The translations under genes were made by a program, and so were the position numbers. DNA of 64,000 bases, from the sequence record OP123707.1. The stretch is one strand, 5' to 3'. The notes under the pieces are model-generated. The model worked only from the letters and a program-made list of their open reading frames with translations, was not told the origin of the DNA and made no database searches. This document shows, piece by piece, positions 26,695 through 35,333 of the stretch; positions within the stretch are counted from its first letter, which is position 1, and every line of letters begins with the position of its first letter.

Positions 26695-27066
26695 ATGTTT
26701 AAAAATCAAAAATCAAAAATTTGGATCACTGGCTTAATCATCGTTTGTCTGTTTCAGTTCGCGTTGTTTCTTTTACCGAGCGAGCACAGTGCAGAAGGCG
26801 AAATCATTAACATCGTGGAATACAACCACAAGACCACCAAAATCAGTTTCCCTACCGTAGGGGAACCTGAGTTCATCACCCCTGAGGAACGTACATTTAT
26901 TCGTTACCGGCTAGACGTATTAATAGGGAACGTTGTTGTTGAGTGTATTCTTCGTACTGATGAATACGGATTACTCGGGACAAGCAACTACGTAACCATG
27001 ACGTATGAATTTATGGACAATGGTGAATACCGTTGTGTGAATTTAAAACCGGTGATGGAGGACTAA
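26695..27066 (+). CDS. Membrane-anchored beta-rich protein, paralogue 1
   Basis: Helix IWITGLIIVCLFQFALFLL followed by a beta-strand pattern with two Cys. Confidence 0.75.
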   Translation: MFKNQKSKIWITGLIIVCLFQFALFLLPSEHSAEGEIINIVEYNHKTTKISFPTVGEPEFITPEERTFIRYRLDVLIGNVVVECILRTDEYGLLGTSNYVTMTYEFMDNGEYRCVNLKPVMED

Positions 27067-27425
27067 TGAGAAAAGGTGTGGACTGGATTCCCTATGTCGT
27101 TGGGGTGGTGATTACTGTTGTGATGATTTCATTGACTGTTTGGTACGCCATCAGTTATCAGGTGTACATGACCCAAGGTCGTGTCACTCATGTATCAGAA
27201 AGAATCACAGGAGGGAGCAAGCTCTTATTCAACGGTAAAGCGATGTCTTCAGTCATCCAAAACAAACACCTCGTTTATGATTACTATATTCAGACGGAAG
27301 TTAAGATGTTTAAGTGTCGGGTCTCTGAAGAAGAACATTTAGAGATAGGGGACATGAAAGACCTCAGTGTGATTTACGGTCAATATCCGAGTGGGGAACA
27401 AAACTGCCTTTATGTGGGTATTTAA
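27066..27425 (+). CDS. Membrane-anchored beta-rich protein, paralogue 2
   Basis: TAATG overlap gives a start at 27066. Helix WIPYVVGVVITVVMISLTVWYAI and the same two-Cys pattern. Confidence 0.75.
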   Translation: MRKGVDWIPYVVGVVITVVMISLTVWYAISYQVYMTQGRVTHVSERITGGSKLLFNGKAMSSVIQNKHLVYDYYIQTEVKMFKCRVSEEEHLEIGDMKDLSVIYGQYPSGEQNCLYVGI

Positions 27426-27429
27426 ATTT

Positions 27430-27455
27430 AGTGGCGTTCCTACGGGAGCGTCACT
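27430..27455 (+). terminator. Terminator hairpin
   Basis: AGTGGCGTTCC-tacg-GGAGCGTCACT followed by T-rich sequence. Confidence 0.7.
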
Positions 27456-27465
27456 TATTCCCGCT

Positions 27466-27516
27466 TTCTTTATTTTTTTGACATACAGATATTTTTAAAC
27501 CTATATAACCAAGGTG
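27466..27516 (+). promoter_or_regulatory. Phage early-type promoter, copy 4, with 23-bp upstream element
   Basis: TTCTTTATTTTTTTGACATACAG + 12 nt + CTATATAACCAAGGTG. Confidence 0.7.
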
Positions 27517-27554
27517 TATAAACAACAATTTATTTAATCTCTTGGAGAATCATT

Positions 27555-27806
27555 ATGTCTAATACAACAACTGTAAACGAACTACGCATCGTTAAACTTG
27601 TCACTGGTATTGCACTAGCAGGCATCGCTTCTGTACAGGGTGAAGACTCTACTAAATCTGTAGTCTACATTGCAGCGGGTACTGCGGTATCTATCGTTCG
27701 TACTGATGAGTCTGACACTCGTTGGTCTAACGCTAAAAGTTCAGCTGCTTGGAATACCATTTGGAACATCTTTTTCGTAAGCATCATCGGCAACATTTTC
27801 GCTTAA
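27555..27806 (+). CDS. Small hypothetical protein (83 aa, hydrophobic segments)
   Basis: GGAG RBS. First gene after promoter copy 4. Confidence 0.75.
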   Translation: MSNTTTVNELRIVKLVTGIALAGIASVQGEDSTKSVVYIAAGTAVSIVRTDESDTRWSNAKSSAAWNTIWNIFFVSIIGNIFA

Positions 27807-27844
27807 TCTAATTTTTGTATTTAACCTTTATTGAGGAATTTATT

Positions 27845-28174
27845 ATGAAAGCACAATCTGCAATCATCAAAGAAGTCATGCCAATCAACTGGAAAGCATG
27901 CAAAGACGGGTCCCTAAAAGAGTTCGGTATTTTTAACAAAACGGATCCAGTATCTGGGAAACTTATCCTCCTAATGGTCGGTGATGAAAGAACTGATTCA
28001 GCTTTCACATTGGCAATCGGTGGGATGAAAAACGGTTGGGTAATCCGTGACCTAGCTCAACACGAAGCCTTGGGTGGGAGTTATAAAGATGGCCTGTTGG
28101 AAGAACTTGATGGATGTGACGCTACAACAGCGGTAACTAAATTCATCGAAATCTTAGAATCTAACAACCTTTAA
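27845..28174 (+). CDS. Hypothetical protein
   Basis: ATG 27845 follows GAGGAA, preferred over the TTG at 27815. Confidence 0.75.
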   Translation: MKAQSAIIKEVMPINWKACKDGSLKEFGIFNKTDPVSGKLILLMVGDERTDSAFTLAIGGMKNGWVIRDLAQHEALGGSYKDGLLEELDGCDATTAVTKFIEILESNNL

Positions 28175-28184
28175 GGAGTACGTC

Positions 28185-28586
28185 ATGGAAAACTTTATTT
28201 ACGATGGTATTAACTACATGGACGTGGTTAAAGCGACTTTTGGTGAACACACTTTTTATGTTAGTAAATGGGAAGTGGAAACCAAACAACTCGGTGAAGT
28301 AATCCAACTTACCGAAGAACGTCCGGTGGAGTTCAACACAGAACTTCATATTGAAATCAGAGCGACTGCGTACACAACTGTGTCTATTTACGTCACTGAT
28401 TCATTACAAGCTTTGGAGATTGCAAAAGAGCTCTCATCAGAACTTGATAAGGAAGTGGGTATTTATTCACACGCTCGTTACTTGGCATGGTTCGATAAAG
28501 GCGAACAAGTTGGTGAACTCCGTACGTTGGATGATTTCTATACGAACATCACCGATGAAGAACGTGCTTTGACTCGCTTAAAATAA
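28185..28586 (+). CDS. Hypothetical protein (133 aa)
   Basis: AAGGAG RBS. Acidic protein. Confidence 0.8.
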   Translation: MENFIYDGINYMDVVKATFGEHTFYVSKWEVETKQLGEVIQLTEERPVEFNTELHIEIRATAYTTVSIYVTDSLQALEIAKELSSELDKEVGIYSHARYLAWFDKGEQVGELRTLDDFYTNITDEERALTRLK

Positions 28587-28601
28587 ACAGAACGCAAAAA
28601 A

Positions 28602-28631
28602 CCTCCTACTACCCCTTGGGGTAGTAGGAGG
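28602..28631. terminator. Terminator between convergent early and tail genes
   Basis: 14-bp inverted repeat CCTCCTACTACCCC / GGGGTAGTAGGAGG, with an A-tract on the left (T-tract for the minus strand) and a T-tract further right. Confidence 0.85.
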
Positions 28632-28664
28632 ATAACTTTGCAGTTTATTTTTTTTTTCTATGGA

Positions 28665-29561
28665 TTAAACCATAGTGTTTTTGTTCTTAACAGTCTTCGC
28701 ACGGCTTTCCATTTGTTCCATGATACCAGTATCACGAAGTGAGTTCAGAACCGCCGTGCGATCTTTGAAGCCATCCGGGATGCTAGAACCGATGTTGTTG
28801 TACAGCGGCAATTTCTTCAGGAACGTACGTGCCACTTCACGTACCGCCAGAGTATCGAACTCAGTTAGGCCAGTGTATTCCATGTTGATCTCACGGATTT
28901 GACCAGCTTCTTCTTTGTTACGACGGATACCCACTTCCACAGTAGAACGTGGCATTACTGCCATCGTGATTGCCGCATGAGCGATATCACGCATGTTCTC
29001 AGTGGTGTTGAACATCAGTAGTGTAGCTGAACGTTCGTCGATCAATAGATCGCCTGGTTGACTCAGTACCACAGCACGAGGTGCTGCTAGATCCACATCG
29101 TGACCCAACCATTTAACCCAGATAGAGTGTAAGTTAGTGAACGGTTCGCCAACTACATCATTACCTTGGAATGAGATCGGACCTAGGGTACGAGTACCGC
29201 CAGTCGGAACGCTTAACGTACGACCAGACCAACGAACGTCACCGAACTCAAGTTCTGTACGATCAGTTGGACCTTGCCATGTACGTGCACGGGTTTCAAA
29301 CCATGCTTTCGCTAGAGCGTGCAGGTAGTTACCCGCAGGCAGACGACTGAAGAGTGAAGGAGTGGACATCACGAAACACCAACCTTGTTGGTCGATGTGT
29401 GGATGTTCGTTTACGTAAAGGTAAGAGTCCGGTGCGAAACCGTACTGACCACCTTGCGTGCCGTCTAACGTCGGACGTACGCCTTTATCAGTGTTAGTGA
29501 AGAAGGCTGAAGAGTTAGACAGTAACGTCTTATTACCGCGGTGCGGTTGGTTAGAAGACAT
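28665..29561 (-). CDS. Tail tube protein (phiKZ gp30-like)
   Basis: 298 aa, immediately downstream of the sheath gene. Size and position match the family; no diagnostic motif is claimed. Confidence 0.7.
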   Translation of the reverse strand: MSSNQPHRGNKTLLSNSSAFFTNTDKGVRPTLDGTQGGQYGFAPDSYLYVNEHPHIDQQGWCFVMSTPSLFSRLPAGNYLHALAKAWFETRARTWQGPTDRTELEFGDVRWSGRTLSVPTGGTRTLGPISFQGNDVVGEPFTNLHSIWVKWLGHDVDLAAPRAVVLSQPGDLLIDERSATLLMFNTTENMRDIAHAAITMAVMPRSTVEVGIRRNKEEAGQIREINMEYTGLTEFDTLAVREVARTFLKKLPLYNNIGSSIPDGFKDRTAVLNSLRDTGIMEQMESRAKTVKNKNTMV

Positions 29562-29566
29562 CTAAA

Positions 29567-31699
29567 TTACCCCTCTGCGTTAACGTCTTGCTCGTTGCGG
29601 GCAACAAGAGACATATCCATCATGTACTTACCTTTACGGAAAGCTACATAGCCTGTTACGTACAACACTGAACGAGAGTCCGCAGCACCTTCGTTGTAAA
29701 CTGGTTCTACAACCAAGTCTTCGAACATGGTACCTAGACGCTCACGACATTGTGTTTCAGCACGGTCTTTCACGATAGCTGCGTATTCATCAGCTGTGAT
29801 CGTCGTGTCACCTGAAACCAGTGTCCATGTGTCTTGGATGATTTTCTCTACGTTCACAGAAGTAAACACAGTCACCCAGTCTTTAAGAACAGAGTCAGAA
29901 TGCACGTACACCGTTGGTAGAGCTGGACGGTATAGCTGTTCTTGGTTGTACGGACGAAGTGTTGCCGCACCGTTGTCGAAGTTACCGGCCGCAGCTGGGT
30001 CTGCTTCGATATCAACAGTAGGGTTGAACATCGTACGTAGGATGCGGTTGTCCGCGTGATCTGGAGAGTTTGCTTTCAGTAGCTGACCTTGAGCGTTACC
30101 GCCAAACAATGCCATGCCGTAAGCCAAATCCAGAACGTGAGAGAATGCTTCGCCAGACTCTTCGTTGATCTTCGACGCTTCCCACATCGCGATCATGCCA
30201 CGACATGCAGGCGTACCGTATTTCTCTGATTCAGGGATCAGACGAAGACGGTTCGTGATGTACGTTTGACGAGAGTACTGTTCTTGAATCGTTGAGTTCT
30301 TCAACCACTCTGCTGACGCAAATACCGCTACGTGGTCTTTACGTGTTGCCAGTAGTTGAATTAGCTCATCTACGATCTCTGAGTTGAAACCAACATCAAA
30401 GATGATAGATTGGCGGTTACGAGTCCAGTCGGTGATCTCTAGAGACTTACGGTATTCCATGATGTCCGCTAGAAGCAACGCTTGTGTTACCGCCCATGCG
30501 TCTTGACGGTTCAGTTCTTCAACTGGACCATTAGCTGGGTTAAGGTTGTATTCACGAGAAAGCGTTACACCAGCAGGAGCCGCGTAGTCTTTAGTTAGGA
30601 ACGGAGAAACACCGCCCTTCGCATCCAGTTGAGCACCCATGTTGAACAAACGAGTTTCAGCATCGATCTCGATCGCGTAGTAAGGGATACCTTCGTGCGT
30701 AACCGCCGTTAACGGGTTGATCTGTTTGTAAGGTTTCACGCCTTCCAGATAAACTAGGTTATCTGGCATCGCCGCTTCTTCTGCTTCAAACAACAGTTTA
30801 GACAACGTTTCGATTGAGTCGTTGTACACGTAAGCTTCGTAGAAAGGAGCAGCACGAGGAACCATCGGACGGTTCGCCGTCGCACCAGTGTACGCGCCAA
30901 TCGCTTCTTTCATTGAGTAACGAACGCCGTTCGCTTTCATGTCAAACAACGTGAAAGTCGACTCTTCCGTATTGATCAATGTTTTCGCGATCACTGGAGT
31001 ACCGAAAATCGTTTTCTCGTAAAGCTTGATGCCGAATGGGTAAACACCAAATTCATTTACGAAGTTTGCGATTTGTTGGAAATCTGCTGAACCAGCTACA
31101 CCCGCAAAGTGACCCATGCGGTTGTACACGTCACCAATACCAGCTGGTAGTTCGTACAGTGGGTAGATTGTGAAATCACCTTCTCCGCCAGTACCTGTTA
31201 CTGGCTGAAGACCCTTGTACTCAATACCAGTCGTATCCATCAACATCGGAGTGATGCTGAAACCAGCGTAAGTTTCTGTACCACCAGTAACTGGAATGCG
31301 AGCACCAGTTTCATCTAGGATGAATTGTTGGTCAGCACCACGTTGGTATTGTTGGATGTCACCAGCCACAACTTTAAGACCTACCGCAACGCGAGCGATC
31401 TCTTTGTTAGCTGTCAAACGACGCATGCCAAGAGCTGCCTGACCACCACTCGCAAGAGATTGGATCAACGCCGCAATTGGGTTGTAGTACGGACCATCAG
31501 TATCTTGGACGTCACCGTAGATGTCGCCTAAGTCACCCATGTTAATGTACTTCTGACCGAGAGGTCCTTTTGGTGTAACCATTCCTAGAACTGGGAAGTT
31601 ACAAGGATAGGTAGCCAACTGAGGAACCACGACTGGGCGTGAATCATCACCGATACCTTGGTTACGGACTTGTCCCGGAACTATACTAGTAATGGACAT
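29567..31699 (-). CDS. Tail sheath protein (phiKZ gp29-like)
   Basis: 710 aa with strongly biased codons. N-terminal PKGP...YGD and MRRL pattern. Divergent from the gp28/27/26/25-like cluster, as in phiKZ. Confidence 0.8.
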   Translation of the reverse strand: MSITSIVPGQVRNQGIGDDSRPVVVPQLATYPCNFPVLGMVTPKGPLGQKYINMGDLGDIYGDVQDTDGPYYNPIAALIQSLASGGQAALGMRRLTANKEIARVAVGLKVVAGDIQQYQRGADQQFILDETGARIPVTGGTETYAGFSITPMLMDTTGIEYKGLQPVTGTGGEGDFTIYPLYELPAGIGDVYNRMGHFAGVAGSADFQQIANFVNEFGVYPFGIKLYEKTIFGTPVIAKTLINTEESTFTLFDMKANGVRYSMKEAIGAYTGATANRPMVPRAAPFYEAYVYNDSIETLSKLLFEAEEAAMPDNLVYLEGVKPYKQINPLTAVTHEGIPYYAIEIDAETRLFNMGAQLDAKGGVSPFLTKDYAAPAGVTLSREYNLNPANGPVEELNRQDAWAVTQALLLADIMEYRKSLEITDWTRNRQSIIFDVGFNSEIVDELIQLLATRKDHVAVFASAEWLKNSTIQEQYSRQTYITNRLRLIPESEKYGTPACRGMIAMWEASKINEESGEAFSHVLDLAYGMALFGGNAQGQLLKANSPDHADNRILRTMFNPTVDIEADPAAAGNFDNGAATLRPYNQEQLYRPALPTVYVHSDSVLKDWVTVFTSVNVEKIIQDTWTLVSGDTTITADEYAAIVKDRAETQCRERLGTMFEDLVVEPVYNEGAADSRSVLYVTGYVAFRKGKYMMDMSLVARNEQDVNAEG

Positions 31700-31732
31700 A
31701 AATAACTCCGTTGGTTATTGTTATTAACTCTA

Positions 31733-31752
31733 AGTTTTTTGATCAAAAAACT
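31733..31752. repeat. Perfect 20-bp palindrome in a divergent promoter region
   Basis: AGTTTTTTGATCAAAAAACT equals its own reverse complement. Confidence 0.9.
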
Positions 31753-31843
31753 CACTTCCCATCAATCGTATGACAGGAAATACTGTCTTATAACTGAAAC
31801 GTAGAAAGTAAGTTTCTACATAGGATTCAATACGGAGCTTATC

Positions 31844-32722
31844 ATGTTTTCTAATGCTTACGACACTTACGTCGGTAAACCATTAGCGCACCTAGATCAC
31901 GTCCCATCTACTCTTAAACGTTTATCTGTGACAAAAGACCTAAGTGAACTTGGTGATGGCGTACTGCGCTTGGACCACGCTAGCGGTCAAGGTATCCCTT
32001 TCCTTAATTTCCCTCTGTCCATGATTGGTTACAACCGCAAGCCGATCACCGTAATGGACGACCGCCCTTACACCAATAAGTCCGGTGTTATCACGAACGC
32101 TGCTGAACGCATTGCCTTATTGGTTACGTCTTTTGTACAACAAGATGTGATCGATGGTAACATGGCAGTCATCCGTAGTACCACGGCAACCGTTGCACGT
32201 GCTCTAGCCCGTTCTTGGGGTTCTCAAATCATTCGCCAGTCTGGTTTGGAAGAAGAGAAAGCGTTGACGGTTTACATCACGCTGATTCACTACTACAACT
32301 GTTTGGTGAACGATAACGTCGGTGACATGGTTTTCACTTCTCAAAACTTATGCCAACAAGTGATGGGAATCGATCGCAAACGTAGCTTAGAAGTCTTAGA
32401 ACAACTGGGTTACATCAATACTCTTCCTAAACTACACGAAGCCCTAGTGAACTACCCAGGCATGTACAAACTGAAAAACATGCAAGTGAAAGACCTGATT
32501 GCTTTGGGTCAACGCATTTGGTATTCCGCAACCGGTAAACAAATCGTGGGTGCGGGGTTAGAACACGCTCCTTTATTAGTGGGTATGTGTGCGGCGACGA
32601 TTGCTAATAAAAACGCTTACGGCAAAACTCCACTCGGGATGCAACTGGATCCTAAGTATAACGAGAAAAACAACCGAGCGTTGGTGATGACCATCACGAA
32701 CTCCTACCCTATCATTCTTTAA
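31844..32722 (+). CDS. Conserved virion structural protein (phiKZ gp28-like by synteny)
   Basis: 292 aa, GGAG RBS, first gene divergent from the sheath. Confidence 0.6.
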   Translation: MFSNAYDTYVGKPLAHLDHVPSTLKRLSVTKDLSELGDGVLRLDHASGQGIPFLNFPLSMIGYNRKPITVMDDRPYTNKSGVITNAAERIALLVTSFVQQDVIDGNMAVIRSTTATVARALARSWGSQIIRQSGLEEEKALTVYITLIHYYNCLVNDNVGDMVFTSQNLCQQVMGIDRKRSLEVLEQLGYINTLPKLHEALVNYPGMYKLKNMQVKDLIALGQRIWYSATGKQIVGAGLEHAPLLVGMCAATIANKNAYGKTPLGMQLDPKYNEKNNRALVMTITNSYPIIL

Positions 32723-32753
32723 TTCCTTAATACTTTCCTTATGAGGGGAACAT

Positions 32754-35333
32754 ATGTTAGTCGATAATTATCGCACCCCTTTAGCGCGTTACGCCATTAA
32801 GGACATGTATTCCAACCCGGGGACCAGTCGTCAGTTTCAATTGCAGCTGACACAGGTCTCCCCGGACGTGGGGTACATCAACACGTTCCAGTTCATGGGA
32901 CGCTACCGCAAAACTCCGCTTGAACAAGATTACTTTATGATTTACAACATGTCTGGCTTTGATGGCTCGACATGGAACTTTCATGAATTGTTCACTCGCA
33001 TGGATCCGGTAGACCAATGGATTAACGTTGCGAAGATTTGTAAACAACGAGGCATGATCATCGACATCTACGGAGACGATGGTCGTCTGTACCCTCGAGA
33101 CAAATGTTGGGTCATGTCTACTTATGACGGTCAACAGTTACTGTCTGTACAAAAGCTGCGAGCATTCAAACAAACCTGGAAGGAAGCACGTTACCTTCAC
33201 TGCTACACAATCCAGACGCAAGTCTACGACCCTAACAACAACACACAAATAGACTGGCCTCGTTTCAGTTCCAACAACGGCACCAGTGCGGAAGAAAAAG
33301 ACCGCATGAAAATTACGTACGCCGATTACCTGAAACTCCCGGGATTAACCTCGGTGTATTTGAACGGGTATTTGTGGGATGGGTTTCCTAGCGATGACTT
33401 GTTGCTCGGCACAGAGGTGATCGAAATCACTAACGACCCGAGCGTATGGAAAGTGGAAACTTATGATGTGGGTTCTTTGCCAAACTTCCAATCGGAGCGA
33501 GACCAAACCCGTAAGTTAATCATCCACCCTCCTAAAGGTGATTCGGATTTCAAATACCATTATGTTTCGGATGTCTCATTCTACGTGGTAAACAGTCAAG
33601 GACGTGGGTCGTATCTCAACCGTAACGATCCCGCACACTTCCGTCAATTAACTCATCGCGATTACGCAGTGAGCGCAGGACTGGTCGATGATAAAGGCAA
33701 CATGAACGATCTGTTGCAAAACGACCGTCATCATTTGCGTCTGGTGTACCGTAAGAACGATTACGCTCAAGAGATTCCTTACGAGTCCAATGGTGTACGT
33801 TGGTTGTACCGCATGACAGATGAAAACATCGTCGGGGCTTTGATAGGCATTAACTCCACCATGAAAGAATGGTTAGCCATCAATCTAGAACAATCCCCAA
33901 CCAACGAGTTCTTGACCATCGATTACAAAGACATCACTCACAACCTAGCGGTAGAAGCCGTGGGGTATAATGCAGCAACGCAGGTGTTGTGTGGTTCTCC
34001 GTTTACGTACGATCCAAGTACTGGGATGGAATTAGAAGTTCCTCCAGCGTGCCGTAATGATCTGACAATGATGGAGTACGATGCCGATGGTTTATTCCTT
34101 CGGATGCGTTATTTGAGTCGTGTCAACTTTGTTAAACCTACTAATGATTGTGGATTGGTGGAGTTCTTCCCAGGTCGTCCGGGATCTCGAATTCATTCTG
34201 AAGCGAGTCGTGGGTTAATGTACGTGGATAAAAACGTCACCCCGAGACTGTATGTTCAAACGGTCAGCACTGAAGGAGAATTTGTTGGGGAACGCCGTGT
34301 CGCGGTAGAAGGGACGGATTATCTCTTTGATCGTGAGAAAGGGGAAATCCAGTGGACGCTGCAATCGAAGATGTTCGTTGGGTTAGCGCTGTTTAATGAC
34401 CGTACGTTGTACAAAGAGTTCACGTTAGACCACATCGATAATTCATTGAGTTTCAGTGTGACTCATGAATGGGCGAAAGGGGGATTGTTAACCGATGTCG
34501 CTCCGGCGAACATCATGGTCATCATGAACCGTCACTCTTTGATTGAGAACGTGGATTACGTGGTAGACTTCCCAGACATTCACATTCTGAACCACCAGTA
34601 TTTAAAATCCGGCGGGAATGATTTTGTCCTTTATTGCAGTGAATGGTCACCGATCGACGATAACACGCCTCTAGAGCAATCTGAGCTGGGTTACGTGAAC
34701 GGTGGGGTGATTGGTCATAACACGAAGTACAACCTCCGAGAAGACCGTGTGACGCGCACTACACTAGGTGGTCGAGTTTGGGATCCAGCTCAAGTTCCGG
34801 TGGCGGAGTTACATCCACCAAGTGAAGTGCTGAACCCATACAACGGTCAACCTTATGGTGTAAAACACTGGTACATTCCAATTCGAGATTGGGTACCTTA
34901 CGACATGACCCACGGTTGGGAAGCGGCTCGAGATCGAGATCGTCGCATGAGTCAATATCTGACGTTGTTTGCGAAGAAACCGACTCCGGAAGTCATTCCA
35001 TCTTTGATGGACAAATACCGTGTCTTCAGTCCGTTCATGAATGCTGTGGTCAACCAAATCTTACTAGGGTTATTGGAGCTGGATGATTTACCCGAAGGGG
35101 AATCTTACTCCAAAGACTATGTATTGCGTAAAACAGCAGATTACCAATGGATGTTGAAATTCGATCCAGTGTTACTGGGTTATGACATTCGTTACTTTGC
35201 CGTGTTCCCATACGTTCAACAAACCATGGTGGTGGTTGAACCGAAGGAGCTCACTTTCATAAGACGTGTTAATGCTGTGCTTTTAGAAAACCGCATTAAC
35301 GTCAATGGACACTTTGAGGTTAAAAATGTTTGA
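32754..35333 (+). CDS. Conserved virion structural protein (phiKZ gp27-like by synteny; probable baseplate)
   Basis: 859 aa, GAGGGG RBS. Begins with the WC/YSNP.QD.Q-like segment YSNPGTSRQF. Confidence 0.6.
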   Translation: MLVDNYRTPLARYAIKDMYSNPGTSRQFQLQLTQVSPDVGYINTFQFMGRYRKTPLEQDYFMIYNMSGFDGSTWNFHELFTRMDPVDQWINVAKICKQRGMIIDIYGDDGRLYPRDKCWVMSTYDGQQLLSVQKLRAFKQTWKEARYLHCYTIQTQVYDPNNNTQIDWPRFSSNNGTSAEEKDRMKITYADYLKLPGLTSVYLNGYLWDGFPSDDLLLGTEVIEITNDPSVWKVETYDVGSLPNFQSERDQTRKLIIHPPKGDSDFKYHYVSDVSFYVVNSQGRGSYLNRNDPAHFRQLTHRDYAVSAGLVDDKGNMNDLLQNDRHHLRLVYRKNDYAQEIPYESNGVRWLYRMTDENIVGALIGINSTMKEWLAINLEQSPTNEFLTIDYKDITHNLAVEAVGYNAATQVLCGSPFTYDPSTGMELEVPPACRNDLTMMEYDADGLFLRMRYLSRVNFVKPTNDCGLVEFFPGRPGSRIHSEASRGLMYVDKNVTPRLYVQTVSTEGEFVGERRVAVEGTDYLFDREKGEIQWTLQSKMFVGLALFNDRTLYKEFTLDHIDNSLSFSVTHEWAKGGLLTDVAPANIMVIMNRHSLIENVDYVVDFPDIHILNHQYLKSGGNDFVLYCSEWSPIDDNTPLEQSELGYVNGGVIGHNTKYNLREDRVTRTTLGGRVWDPAQVPVAELHPPSEVLNPYNGQPYGVKHWYIPIRDWVPYDMTHGWEAARDRDRRMSQYLTLFAKKPTPEVIPSLMDKYRVFSPFMNAVVNQILLGLLELDDLPEGESYSKDYVLRKTADYQWMLKFDPVLLGYDIRYFAVFPYVQQTMVVVEPKELTFIRRVNAVLLENRINVNGHFEVKNV

